Shown one piece after another: positions 39,101 to 50,571 of a DNA stretch of 64,000 bases. Below the pieces are notes generated by a model that did not search any database, had not been told where the DNA came from, and saw only the letters and a program-made list of their open reading frames with translations. Position numbers and translations under genes: made by a program. How positions within the stretch are numbered: position 1 is the first letter of the stretch; the number at the start of each line of letters is the position of its first letter. Source of the stretch: Camelus ferus (lineage: Eukaryota); NCBI RefSeq assembly GCF_009834535.1, contig NC_045696.1:50098001-50162000 (forward strand), in the 5' to 3' direction.

Positions 39101-40287
39101 CATCTAGTTCTCAAACACATAATAGGCTTGAGAACTCTAAAACTGTATTAAAGAGGAAAACTGAAAATAGTTTATAAAATGTCATTAATGAAGTGATCGG
39201 TGTATAATATGACAGAAGTTGATGGTGTATTTTGTACAATGAGATAGACTATGTTCTGCGTCCTTTCAGACAAGTGGATGCACACAGATCTAGTGAGAGT
39301 AGTATACTGATAAGGATGAGTGCTCATTAGAGCAGAACTTTTAAAGTCCTGGTGGCAAATAAAAAGTCACAAGAAACGTATAATTTGAACATATTAGCAG
39401 CCACTCCTTCTGAAAAATCATTACCTTTGCCCAGAGATAATCTTGGAATAAAATCTGAATCCAGCATTTCTTTGTCTCTATATAAGGATAAGAAAATTGA
39501 TCTCCAATATACACACTTGTTATATAAGTACTTCCATCACTATACCTCTCATGCTGGCACAGATTCGTCTCCATATCTCTTCTCTCTTGGACTCAAACTT
39601 CCTTTAACATAGAGGGCATGTCTTACACATCCTTCTACTTTATTCCCAGTTCTCACTTGAAATCAGTATGTACTTTTGTTGCATAAATGAAGAGATGAGT
39701 GGAGTGCTGAGGAAATGTTCTAAGGATCCTCAGTTCCATTGACAAAAGAAACATCATTACTATTGGGAATGTGTGTAGGACGCTAGGATAGTTTAAATTT
39801 CTCAGGGAGTAATGGCTCCCCTCCCACTAACTATCCATCATAATTCACAGAAGCAATTTCAGTTTTTAAATTTGTTTTTAAATTTGTTCCCATTTTCACT
39901 CAGTCAAGATTATTAGGGCAAAGTTGAATTCTAACTATGGCTTGAGTCTCAAAATCAAAGGGAAAAGAGAAGTCAGTGAGATTCAACCCAAGCAAAAATA
40001 AATTCTTTGGAACTATAAACAATATTTAATTTCTTCTTTGACTGAAAAAAATGAGAAGTGAAAGTAAGTCTATTTATATAATTATACAGAATAGCTTTTA
40101 GGATTATTGACACTGTAGTATAGTTGAGTAGAACCTAAAAAATCAAGGATTTTATTCTTTCAGCTTCAGAAATTAAGTAGAAATATTGAGGGTTCTATTT
40201 TTTTTTTTTTAACCAGTAAACCATGTTTTTCCTCGAGTGGAGTAGGAACTTTATTAAAATGCAAAAGTGATTTATTTTTGGAAGTTT

Positions 40288-41157
40288 GCCAATCAGAATA
40301 ATTGTCATGAGCTAGCTGGTCAGGGACCCCACAACCTTCTCCCTCACCCTGTCTTTAAAAATCTTTCCCTGAAAGTCATCTAGGAGGTCAAGTTTTTTGA
40401 ACATTAACTTCCCATACTCCTTGCTTGGATTTGCAATAAAGGCTTCACTTCCCTTCATCACAGTCCAGTGTCAGGAGATACGATGCAGGAAAATGGATGT
40501 GGGGTGTGAGGATGGCCGTGTCCCCGGTCTCAGTTGAGCCCCTGGGATGTGCCCCGCCAGGTGTGGGTCCTTCGCTTCACACAGGGAAGAATTAAAGTGT
40601 AAGCCACAGTTGAGTAAAGGTAGATTTATTTAAAGAGATACATACTGCATAGAGTGTAAGGCAGAGAAAGAGGTGTGGGAATTGGGTGCTCAGGTTAAAG
40701 TAAAAGTAGGTACATACTCCATAGACAGAGTGTGGGCCGTCTCCAAAGAGGAGGGAATGAAAAACGGCGGCTAGGCGTGGTGTTGCCAGTTTTTGTGGGC
40801 TCAGTAGCTTCACACACCTACAGGTGGGACCATTCCAACTACCCTGGCGAAGGGGCTGGGATTCCCAGGAACTGGGCCACCGCCCATTCTTTGGCCTTTT
40901 GCAGTTAGCCTTGGGGCTGTCATGGCACCTGCCAGCATGTTATTTATCATGCTGTTACAATGAGCATATAATGAAGCTCAAGGTCTACTAGAAGTCAAAC
41001 CTCTTAATCCTCAAGGCCTACTGAGAGTAGAATCTTCCATCATTTTGGTGTTAAATTGCTGTCATTCCTTGAGTGGCTATGCCCTGTCCCCTTCCCTCGT
41101 GTCTCAGATAGGTTTTGATACATGTGGGCAAGCAGACCCAAGTTTGGTTTGGTAACA
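40288..41157 (+). mobile_element. ERV1 LTR (5'-truncated) split by a nested LTR; host parts 40288-40480 and 41111-41157
   Basis: CCAAT, TTTAAAAA, AATAAA and a GGTAACA end. The rejoined R/U5 aligns to the reverse complement of 48186-48300. Confidence 0.85.
40481..41106 (-). mobile_element. Full-length solo ERV1-type LTR (626 bp) with 4-bp TSD GATA
   Basis: GATA at 40477-40480 and 41107-41110; minus strand starts TGAGAC; AATAAA on minus near 40626. Confidence 0.87.
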
Positions 41158-41191
41158 AATCCACATTAAATTTATTCTGTTAAGATGATGC

Positions 41192-41791
41192 TGTCAAAGA
41201 TAAATAAAGCCAGACAGTAGTTAAAGTGGTAAAGATAGATTTTATTCAATAACTATTTCAATAGGGAAATGGATTCTGTGTGAAACCAAATGCAACTTCA
41301 CTGAAACAAAAGGCTGGAGACTTTTTAAAGGCTAGGATATGCTAAAGGAAAGGCTCTGAAAGATATTAAGGGAGGTTGGTCCATGTGACTAGGTTTGTTA
41401 ATTGGTGCTTATCTAGAGAAGAAAAACACTTCTATTTTTGTAACAAGAGGCAGAGGAGCAAGGTCACCATGAAAGTTAGGCCCTTATTTTTCACAGGGAC
41501 TGGGAATGAAAGCTAGAGTTGTGTCCTTGAATGTTTGCATTTCAAAGAGGTGATTCTCAGCTCTTTGTTCAGGGAGGTTCAGGGATATCTGCTTATTATC
41601 AAGTTTTTCCTGGAACAGACAGTGAATTCCCCTGGCAGCACTGAGCTCTCTCAGACTGGCATTTTAAGAGGCGTTGAGGTCATTCTAGGGACACAGCCTT
41701 AATATGCAGAAGCCGTGCTAGAATTTGATCAAATCTCTTAGATCAGAAGTTTGGACGGTGTTGTTCCAAGCCCAGAGTTCTGCAGTTCTCA
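41192..41791 (-). mobile_element. Solo ERV1 LTR (MER31/MER67-like), 600 bp
   Basis: TG...CA bounded; GACAGTAGTTAAAGTGGTAAAGATAGATTTTATTCA; flanks ATGC/GTGC fit a decayed 4-bp TSD. Confidence 0.8.
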
Positions 41792-42082
41792 GTGCAGACA
41801 AAAGGGAATAACCAAACATATGTTTGCAGTTAGAGTAGCTTCTCAGGAAGATATTTTGCTCTATGGAGTAAGTAAGCTCTTTTAAATGCTGTTTTTATTA
41901 TTGTGACTAGTAAGATTATTCCTGTTTTTTAAGTTCCTGCATGTATGCATGATTCAAAATATAAAACTTTATCCAACAATCAAACAAGGACAAACAGGCA
42001 AAATACAATGATTCTTCTGAGTGTGATCAGTCAGCTGTTTTTAATATCCGGGGAAGTAAAATAGGGGTTACTGATGATAATA

Positions 42083-42730
42083 TTTTTCCCACCAGCTTTA
42101 CTGAGGTATAACTGACAAATAAAATTGTGTGTATCTAAGAGAAGCAATGTGTTGATTTGGTATGTGTATAATTTCTGAAAGAATTACCCCAATCAAGTTA
42201 ATTAAAACAACCATCACCTTAGTGGTCAGAACACTTAGGATCTATTCTCTTAGCAAATTTCAAGTATACGACACAATATTATTAACTCGAGTCAGCATGC
42301 TGTACATCAGATTCCAAGAAGTTATTCATCTTATAAGTAAAATTTTGTACCCTTTGTCCAACAGTTCTTCATTTCCCACCACCACCACCCTCGCCCCCCT
42401 TAGTCCCTGGCAGCCATGATGCTACTCTTTGTTTCTATGAGTTCTGTTTTTTCAGATTCCACATAAAAGTGATATCATACAATATTTGCCTTTCTTGGTC
42501 TGCCTTCTTTCACTTAGCATGATGCCTTCTAGGTTCATTCATGTTGTTTGTTATATTTTATATATATTTCATTTTCTTTATCTGTTCCCCTATTGATGAA
42601 TACTTAAATTGTTTCTGCATCTTGGTTATTATGAATAACACTGCAATGACTATGGAAGTGCAGATATCTCTTGAAGACACTGAAGTTGTTTCCTTCAAAT
42701 ATAAAACCAGAAGTAGACTTAATGGATTAT
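42083..42730 (-). mobile_element. L1 3' end (L1MA9-like)
   Basis: CAGCTTTACTGAGGTATAACTGACAAATAAAATTGT..AGAACACTTAGGATCTATTCTCTTAGCAAATTTCAAGTATAC. Confidence 0.88.
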
Positions 42731-44042
42731 TACCTCTCTGATTGATTTGTCACAGCATCTGAGCACACATTTGAAAATTAGTGGACATATTACAATGAGG
42801 ATAATGATCAAAATGCACCCTTGTGGTACTTCCCAAAATAGTCCTATTTTAGATGGAAACAGGAAAATAAGTTTTGGAGTGTTTCCTCTTTACATATATC
42901 CAGTAAATCTTTTTAAATTATTCTTTGTTTTGGTTTTAATTTTTCCAGGGGTATTAATTATACATAACTGGAACTATTGGCCACTACACATATGTTGTTT
43001 TTGTGTGTGTGTCAAAATATGATTTAAAGCAATTTTATTGTCCAGTATTCTAGCTGAAGAATTTTATGCCTTCTGCTGGGAGGCTATAGTTTGAGCTGTC
43101 TTATTTGCCACTACTATTCCTAAAGTAAGAGAAAGCTTTCGTTGTTACAAGAGGAGACCATGATGGTCATAAGGTTGCAGTTGGCAGCTGCTGGCAGATA
43201 TTATTTTGAGGATTTGATGGTGTCCTTAAGTATTATACTATTTGGAAAACTCAATTTCTCGGTAATGCAAAAAAAGTGTCTAAAATCATGTTCACAATGG
43301 CATGTAGCTCCATTTTAGATGTCTGAACCATAAATACTCCATTCTGATTTCTAAATGTATTTTTTTCTTTTAATAGTTAGAGCAGCTATAACAATGCATG
43401 TTTAACAGACCACAAATGGGCTGTTTTGGTTTAAGTAAAATATAAGCCAGAATGACTGCCCCATACTTAAATATGTGACAATTTCCTCCATCATTTTCTC
43501 CCTTTGATTGCAAATCGTTGGATAGAAAGCGTAAAGCACAACCAATATCTTTGTCTCTTGTTGCCAGGGTGGCTGCTGCTTGCCCTGTGTCCATTATCTC
43601 CCTAGGCGCTTGGCCTCCTTTTTTGTTTTTGTTTACATATTTGCCTAGTTATCCATGTTGGGGGAAAACTAACCACACATAACAATCAAGTGCAGAGGTA
43701 TGCTGACAGGGAAACATTTTATACATTTATACCAAACCATCACACAAACATTGTAGAGGTGCTTCAAGCAGTCGACTTCAAGCAGTGATATATGCCATGA
43801 GTAGTGACACTCTGTGATAACTTTATTAGACATTTTTTTTTTCATCCTAAACACTAGGGGCAATAGTATAGCTAGAAGTAAAACAATAACTTTCAATGTT
43901 GATAGGGAAACAAACATTTAGTAAATAGTTCAATTAAATTAGTATGATAGGTCTTACTGGCCTGGTGTGGATTCTTGCATTAGCTGTCTAACATTGCTCT
44001 CATCTTCTTGTCTTGTTGTGGGTGTTATTTGAGGTCAGCAGT

Positions 44043-44240
44043 CCTTTCTATTGACCAGTCCAATATAGAGGAACTTCTTAAGTGGGAAGTATGAATTCAA
44101 GAGTTAATTTCTTTCAGTTTCACTGTGTATGAGGTACTTAAGAATATTTGACAAGAGTCCTTTTATCTAGGTTGGAGACAGTCCTTTAAATAATGCTTTT
44201 TCCAGTATGCATAATCCCCTTGTTGTAGCTCATGGGCCAT
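44043..44240 (-). pseudogene. pol: Retroviral integrase C-terminal (GPY/F region) remnant
   Basis: Manual translation MAHELQQGDYAYWKKHYLKDCLQPR*KDSCQIFLSTSYTVKLKEINS*IHTSHLR is collinear with the gamma-type motif LQPGDxVYWK..LQPRWKGPYQVLL...KLxGIDSWIHxSHLK. Confidence 0.85.
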
Positions 44241-44544
44241 CTGATCTTCATCCAAAGATAGATTACCTTGATCAGCTTCAGAAACAAGCTTAGAATATCT
44301 TCTTAAGAACTTAATTAAACTTTACAATAACATAACATAGCAACAAAGGTCTATTTGGAAAGGGAGTCTCAGGCAGCAACTACTGACCTTATTTAACAAA
44401 AATAGAATTTAATATCCATTGAAACATAATCTTTTTTCTCTAAAATTACCTTCATTTTTATCAGATATAGCCAAGTTAAGACTACTTTGTTTGCCAAATA
44501 AGTCTGATTAGTTGATCATATAGGCTCTTTTAAATTGGCTGTGC

Positions 44545-44745
44545 CAAGGGTGGGGAGGGTATAACCCAGTGGTAGAGTATGTGGTTAGCATTCACAAGGT
44601 CCTGGGTCCAATCCCCAGTACCTCCACTGAAAAATAAATAAATAAACAAAACCTAATTACCTCCCATCCCCGCCTCAAAAAGACAAAACAAACAAACAAA
44701 AAGTAAAAAGAAACAGATGAAATTAGTAAAAAAAAAAATAATAAT
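44545..44745 (+). mobile_element. tRNA-derived SINE (camelid Vic-1-like) with TSD
   Basis: GGGGAGGGTATAACCCAGTGGTAGAG (A box), GGTCCAATCCCC (B box-like), A-rich tail with CTAATTACCTCCC. TSD TAAATTGG(C/T)TGTGC at 44531-44544 and 44745-44758, at a TTTT/AA site. Confidence 0.88.
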
Positions 44746-47607
44746 AAATTGGTTGTGCTGGAATTCTTCATAACTAATCTTAGACTGAACTTTTAAAAGA
44801 TTACTCAAGGCCTAAAAAGCCATGCCGAGGGCTTGTCACAGATTCTGCCTGTGAATTCCTCTCTTCTCAAGGTCCTCAAAATATCTTCAGATTCTTGCAT
44901 CTGTCAGGAGGTGACCTTCCTTGTTCACCTGATTAGGCAGCTGGGAACCTAAGAGTTTTCCATTTCTGGAGGGATTAGGTAAAGAGAAAAAGATAAATGT
45001 TTCAATTCTACTTATAAAGTATAATTTATCAAGTTGTTATACATCATATTCAGCTTAAGGGGAGAGGTTTCCTTTTATCTGGAAAATGCAGACTGAAAGA
45101 CAGTAATTGAAATGTAGACAAAAGACATAAAAATATAGCCATATTTATCAGTTCACACAGTCTTGTGTAACTAACCCTTTTTATTAACAGTCTTACGAAA
45201 CCTTTAGGGTTTCCATCAAAATTTTAAAATTTCTTACCTAGTTCAGTAGTACGATCTGAAAGTTATCGGTACCTGTTGAAAAGTCCTTTTGATGACTCTT
45301 CTTGAAGATAAATTACTTTTGCAAAAGCATCAGAGTGAAACAATAACTGTCTATGAATGATGAAAAACTTAAAAAGGCACAAAGATCTGAGCACAATTTA
45401 ATTGATAAAGAAACTTAACCAAGTTGCTGTGCCATACAACATATTAAAATAATAACCAGAAGTATAAGTGAGAACATAATACCAGGACATATTCAAATTT
45501 TAGAAATTTTATATAATTTTTAGAGCATTTATATTAATGACATTTACCCACACAGTAAGACCTAAGAATGTTTATTATTTGACAATGTTTTCTATGTAAT
45601 TTAACCTATTAAATAATCCTAGTCCATTTAATATTTTTTTCTGAGATGACTCAGGGGCCTTCTGAAGCATCCCAAAGTTAGCTGGAGGTCAAAGAACTTT
45701 AATTAGAATTTGATATTTGGGAAGTCTGCCAAAAACTATTAAAAAGTTTCAAAACACTTGGTCAAATAGAATTATAGATCACTGTGAAACAATACTTTTC
45801 CACATCACCAAACTGACAAAATGCTTCAAAAGAAACTCACCCCATGTGTTACCAGAAGCAGTATAGCAAGAAAACTTTGTTCTCTTAACAGAGAAAACCA
45901 AACTCAGTTTCGTACCAGCTTACTGTTAGTAACAAAATTCATTTATTTAATTAAATTTAATCTAACCTTAGTCAATCCTTACCAAGTACAAAATCCTTTT
46001 CTCAAGATTCCTTTCTACAAACCTTCCATCACTTTCTGTATCCATATTAGTTTATCCCATTTATTTTTTTTTTCCCATCCAGAAACAACCAGCTTTAGGA
46101 CAAAATTATTCTCCTTTTTTTTTTTTTTTTTTTTTGCCTTAAACAGATTATTTTCATTCTATATACCTTCTATCACTGACAACATATATCCTACTTTTTT
46201 TATACACTGAAATGTATTTTTATTATTTTAGTAGTTTAATTACATATATTATAATTTTTAACCCTTAAAAACCTTAACCTCTAGCAAAAACCAAGAAGCA
46301 AGTAATTGACTCTGTCTGTTATACCAGTATTTCCTGATCAGCAAACTTAACATAGTCTATAACCTCTAAAAGCATACATTTTCTCAAAGTATAATTTCTC
46401 TTTTTAATGTGGTACAAGATGTGTATCTAATAAACCAAAACATGTTAATTTTTCTCATAACAAGGCAAAAGAAGACAAACTTAGACTTGTCTAGCAATCA
46501 ATGTTTTACTATTTTATCTTAAAAATGATTTAGACATTCAATGAGTTCTTATCATTTAATTTAACTTTGCAAAACTCCAAAGTTTCAAATTACCAAACAT
46601 CTGGGAAAATTATTTTTAAGTAGACATTTCTAAAACACAATTACTCCCCAAGGGTTCACTAAAAAAGCTTTTATCCCCTTTATCTCTTATAATTTATCAT
46701 AGTATCACACATAGACATCTGTACTTTCGGACAGACAGAGATCTCATAGTTTCATTTTAGAACTTATTTATGAATCAGATATTACAATGTAAAACTTCTT
46801 AGTTTATAAATTTTATCTCCTTTTTCTCTCTCTATTGAAAACAATTCTAATTGTATAATAGTAGCATAGTTTAGGGATCCGTTAATAAGCCACTTTTTCC
46901 CCTAAATCTAGGGAGTATTATGGCCAGGCCATATTGCAAAGGAAAATCATCTTTTTACATTTCATTGGTTTGTAACTGAAAGCAGTTCAGTTCTGGGGAA
47001 CGCAACTGAAGGGGCTGCATTCAGGAAATGAATTTGAATCTCCCATAGTGGGCACACTTAACCACAAGCCAAATGCAAACACACACACAAAGAACAAAAT
47101 CTAATTCCTGCGGGCCAAAAATAAATAGGTGAAGTCCAACAAGTTCAACTTTCTCAAACAAAAGTCTTTCTTTTTAACAACAAACAACATGCAAATGGAA
47201 AGACAGGGAGTAATGACCTTACACATCATAGTGATTCATCTGACAAACACAAAACCAAAAATAACAGTTGGAATAAGTTAAAATTGCTTATTTTATTTGA
47301 GTTTAAAGAAGCCTCTTTCCCCTCCTTTTTTTTTTTTTTCTTTTGGTTTGAAGTTTTGGTAATTAACTCAAGGTCAGGTGTCTTAGGCAATGTGGGCTGT
47401 GTTTGCATTTCACGGCCATGATAGAGAGTTGTAACTTCAAGGTTTCTCCTAGGAATATTTTTGTCCTCTCAGGGTCAGAATTCTGAAAAACAAAAACAAA
47501 AACAAAAACAGAACAAAACTCTATCAAGCCAGATTTTTCTAACTGCATATGCAAAAAGAACCATTTATAGAATTTCAAAAGTGTTTCATCTTATCTAATT
47601 TTCTTCA

Positions 47608-47722
47608 GTCTAAAGAATATTGTGGCCATGCAGTGTTAAAAAATTAGTTTTTCCTTAATCATAGGTTCATAGCTATAATCAGACCATTTTTCCAAAATGT
47701 GCCCCAGAGGCACATTCTCCAT
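47608..47722 (-). pseudogene. gag: Retroviral Gag matrix remnant (frameshifted)
   Basis: Manual translation MENVPLGHILEKWSDYSYEPMIKEKLIF /shift/ NTAWPQYSLD against the class I ERV matrix motif PLGCILxxW...KKxLIFFCNTAWPQY. Confidence 0.85.
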
Positions 47723-48163
47723 CCGTTAAAAACAAAAAGGACAAAATACAAATGGTGTCCCCCAAAACTGAATGCTAGCATCCAAAGAAACAAAGAATTG
47801 GTTCACAAATGAAGTCCAACAATTATTCCTTTCTCCAGCAGGGTACCCCACCCCAATACAAGACAAACAGGCTTATTCTGGGGAGAAAAAGCCCAGGGTA
47901 GAGAGAAATGGAGTTATTTGCTGTACACATCAAAGCGACTTACCCTCCTACATCAAGCCTGTTGACTCCCGAATGTCCATCTCTGTCAATTAGCAGACAC
48001 AGACCAAAACCAGAGCTTTGTTTCCTTCATCACAGAATTGAAAGCACCATGGGCCAGCAGCACCTGGTCAGTGGCCAGCACTCTGGACTGTCCCTGAGAC
48101 AAAGGTGCTTAAGCAGCTGCTGGACAGGATCCAAGAGCTGTCACCGGCCAGGGCTGATGTGCT

Positions 48164-48181
48164 ACCACATCTGAGGTACCA
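48164..48181 (-). promoter_or_regulatory. Degenerate primer-binding site
   Basis: TGGTACCTCAGATGTGGT starts after a 4-nt spacer from the LTR end; 12/18 positions match the tRNA-Trp PBS TGGTGACCCCGACGTGAT, so tRNA identity is uncertain. Confidence 0.5.
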
Positions 48182-48185
48182 AAAT

Positions 48186-48722
48186 TGTTACCCAACCAAA
48201 CTTGGGTCTCTGCGCCAGCATGAAGCAAAGTCAATCTACTGACACCGGGTTGCGGTGGAGGAAAGTGCAGCATTTATTACAGAGCACCAAGCAAGGAGTC
48301 CAGACAGGCAGTGCGTAAAAGACCCAGGCACAACTTAGGAATGTGTGTCGGGACTTTATCCATAACTTCAGGGAAATGGGAGTTCAGTGATTCTGCTATG
48401 TGGTGGATTTATAGTCTAAAATTGTTACCAGTTTCTCGGCCCAACAGCTACTTCTCCTTGGTACATCTTCTCATTTCCTAACCATTAACTCCTGAGCCAG
48501 CCTTTCGAGACTCCGGGGAGGCCTGGGAGACTAACCTAAAAGCCTTTTACTTCAAAGGACAGAGACAAAGGGGTTTGTATGTGGTTTCAATTCCCCCTTT
48601 TGTCTGATATTCTTCAGTCTTGAGGGGAATAGGTTCTGGACAAGAAAGGGAATAAAATTTTGGCTAGAGAGGTTAATCATAAACTTATCAGAGGAACTTG
48701 GTTTTGGGGGGACTCAGTTTCA
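48186..48722 (-). mobile_element. 5' LTR of the ERV: core 48186-48589 plus a 133-bp upstream segment ending in a PPT
   Basis: Minus strand reads TGAAACTGAG..AAAAGGGGGAAT-TGAAACCAC....AATAAA....GGTAACA. Confidence 0.85.
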
Positions 48723-48879
48723 ATTACTTGAAGACATACAATTGAAATTCAATGACCTTTGCACTTATTATTTGTGCTTTTTTTTTCTTTATGAATGTTT
48801 TATGTCTATAAAATTTCTACTTAAAATTTTTTTAAAAAGCCAGGAGAGGTAGTGATCAGGATACCACAGATTGCCAAAT

Positions 48880-49440
48880 CAATGACTTAAAAAACATGAG
48901 GAACTAATTATCCATAACTCAAAGAAAACTGAAAAGCAAGGAATATGATTAGCCAAAAGATAAGGGAACTAGAGGAGAGCACCAAGAGGAAAAATATGCT
49001 TTTAGCTGAGATTCCAGAAGTAGAGAAGAATTAAGAAAGACACACTTGGAAAAATGCTACTTGAAATTCAGAATTTCAAGGATAAAAAAACATTTCTGCA
49101 ATTATGTATCAGGAAAAAGAAACAAACATACAAGTTACCTAAAATGGAAAAAAAATCATATTTTTGATAGACTTTGTTTCTATAATGCTCAAAGTCAGAA
49201 CCAATTAAAATAGTAGCTACATCATTCTGAAAGAAAAATGTTATCAAGAATTTTGTATCCAGCCAAATTACATGTGAGGGCAAGATAAACACACTCTCAG
49301 ACATAGACGGATTAAAAAAAAAAGCATACCACCCATTTACCTTACTGGAAGAAAATATTCCAGCTGCCTGAGAAATAAATCTAAATCAGTTTCCAAGAAC
49401 AGGGAGACATAGCTCAGAAGAGAAAATAACAAACCATTTA
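48880..49440 (+). mobile_element. Ancient L1/HAL1 ORF1 remnant
   Basis: GATTCCAGAAG..AGAATTTTGTATCCAGCCAAATTA..GAGGGCAAGATAAACACACTCTCAGACAT. Confidence 0.7.
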
Positions 49441-50222
49441 AAGAACACTGAGTACTTTTAGTACAGTTACAAATCACTCAGAGTTGCAATATAGCATTTC
49501 CCCTGGCAGAATTTTTCATCCTAAGCCTCTAAATACCTCAGTAGTTGCAGTAAGCTATAAATGATTCTACCCATTTTGAGTGAGAAATCTACCAGAGTAA
49601 AAATGAATCTTTGTTATTGTTGGAGTTGTAAGCCAGGAGTAAACTTCAGACCCTCCTGGTACCCTCTCCTGCCTGACTTCTCTGCAGTTTCTAGCTTATC
49701 TGCCTACCCACTCACCATGTACAAATAACTGGTATAAAGAAATCCCAAGACATTTCCATCAGGTGAGTTCAAGATCAATTTCTGAGGATTATCCTTCTTT
49801 AAGTTCAGGTCTTAGGTTTGTCTGAGGTCCAGTCCTTTAACTACATCCCTCTGACATATTTAGGCTAAATCTATTCCCCCCATATAAGCCCCAGAAGGAA
49901 CATTAAAGGTAAAGATGAATGGCAGTTTATACCCATGGAACCACCTTCTTTTACCATCTCTGGCTGAACATTCTGATGGATGTTAACATGAAGAAGCCCA
50001 GTAGAGAACTCTGGCCAGGCTCCTACAGTAGCCTAAATATGATATATCAATCAGATTGATTTCACTTCCTATTCAGGCTTAAAAAACATTTTTTTTAAAA
50101 TGACCTTTTTTCATTCTCTTTTTAAATGGTTTTTAAAAAGATACAGAGATAGCTGTCACTTCCTGTTGTTGAATATATACACTTTAATGGGGATAAGAGT
50201 TTTATCGTGTATGAAACATCCT

Positions 50223-50571
50223 TGTCTTGGTCCAATTGGTACGTTATAACAAAATATCATAAAATAGGTGACTCATAAACAATAAAAATTTATTTCTCAC
50301 AGTTCTGCAGGCTAGATGTCCAAGATCAGGGTGCCAGTATGTTTCCGGTGAGGGCCGTCTTCAGATTGCAGAAACTGCCTATTGGGTCTTTACATGGTGG
50401 GAGTGGCTACAGATCTCTTGGAGGTTTCTTTTACAAGGCACTAATCCCATTCATAACGGCTCCACCTTCACGACCTAATTACCTTCCAATGGCCCCAATC
50501 TACTATTATCACCTTTGTGGGTGAAGGTTTCAACATATGAATTTGGAGGACAAAAATATTCAGACCATATA
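50223..50571 (-). mobile_element. MaLR solo LTR (MLT1A-like)
   Basis: TTTATTTCTCACAGTTCTGCAGGCTAGATGTCCAAGATCAGGGTGCCAG; related to 18448-18807. Confidence 0.85.

Larger units (their letters stand above)
43850..48185 (-). mobile_element. Internal region of a non-autonomous class I (MER4-group-like) ERV, 3'-truncated
   Basis: Follows the LTR and PBS-like site. Contains a gag-MA remnant and an integrase C-terminal remnant in proviral order, separated by AT-rich non-coding sequence. No 3' LTR seen; the low-coordinate boundary is approximate. Confidence 0.85.

Noticed and set aside
44551..44625. tRNA gene
   Set aside because: The tRNA-like head is followed by an A-rich tail and flanked by a TSD, so it is a SINE
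40288..48722. LTRs at 40288-41157 and 48186-48722 as the two ends of one provirus
   Set aside because: Opposite orientations, unrelated elements between them, and similarity seen only in R/U5
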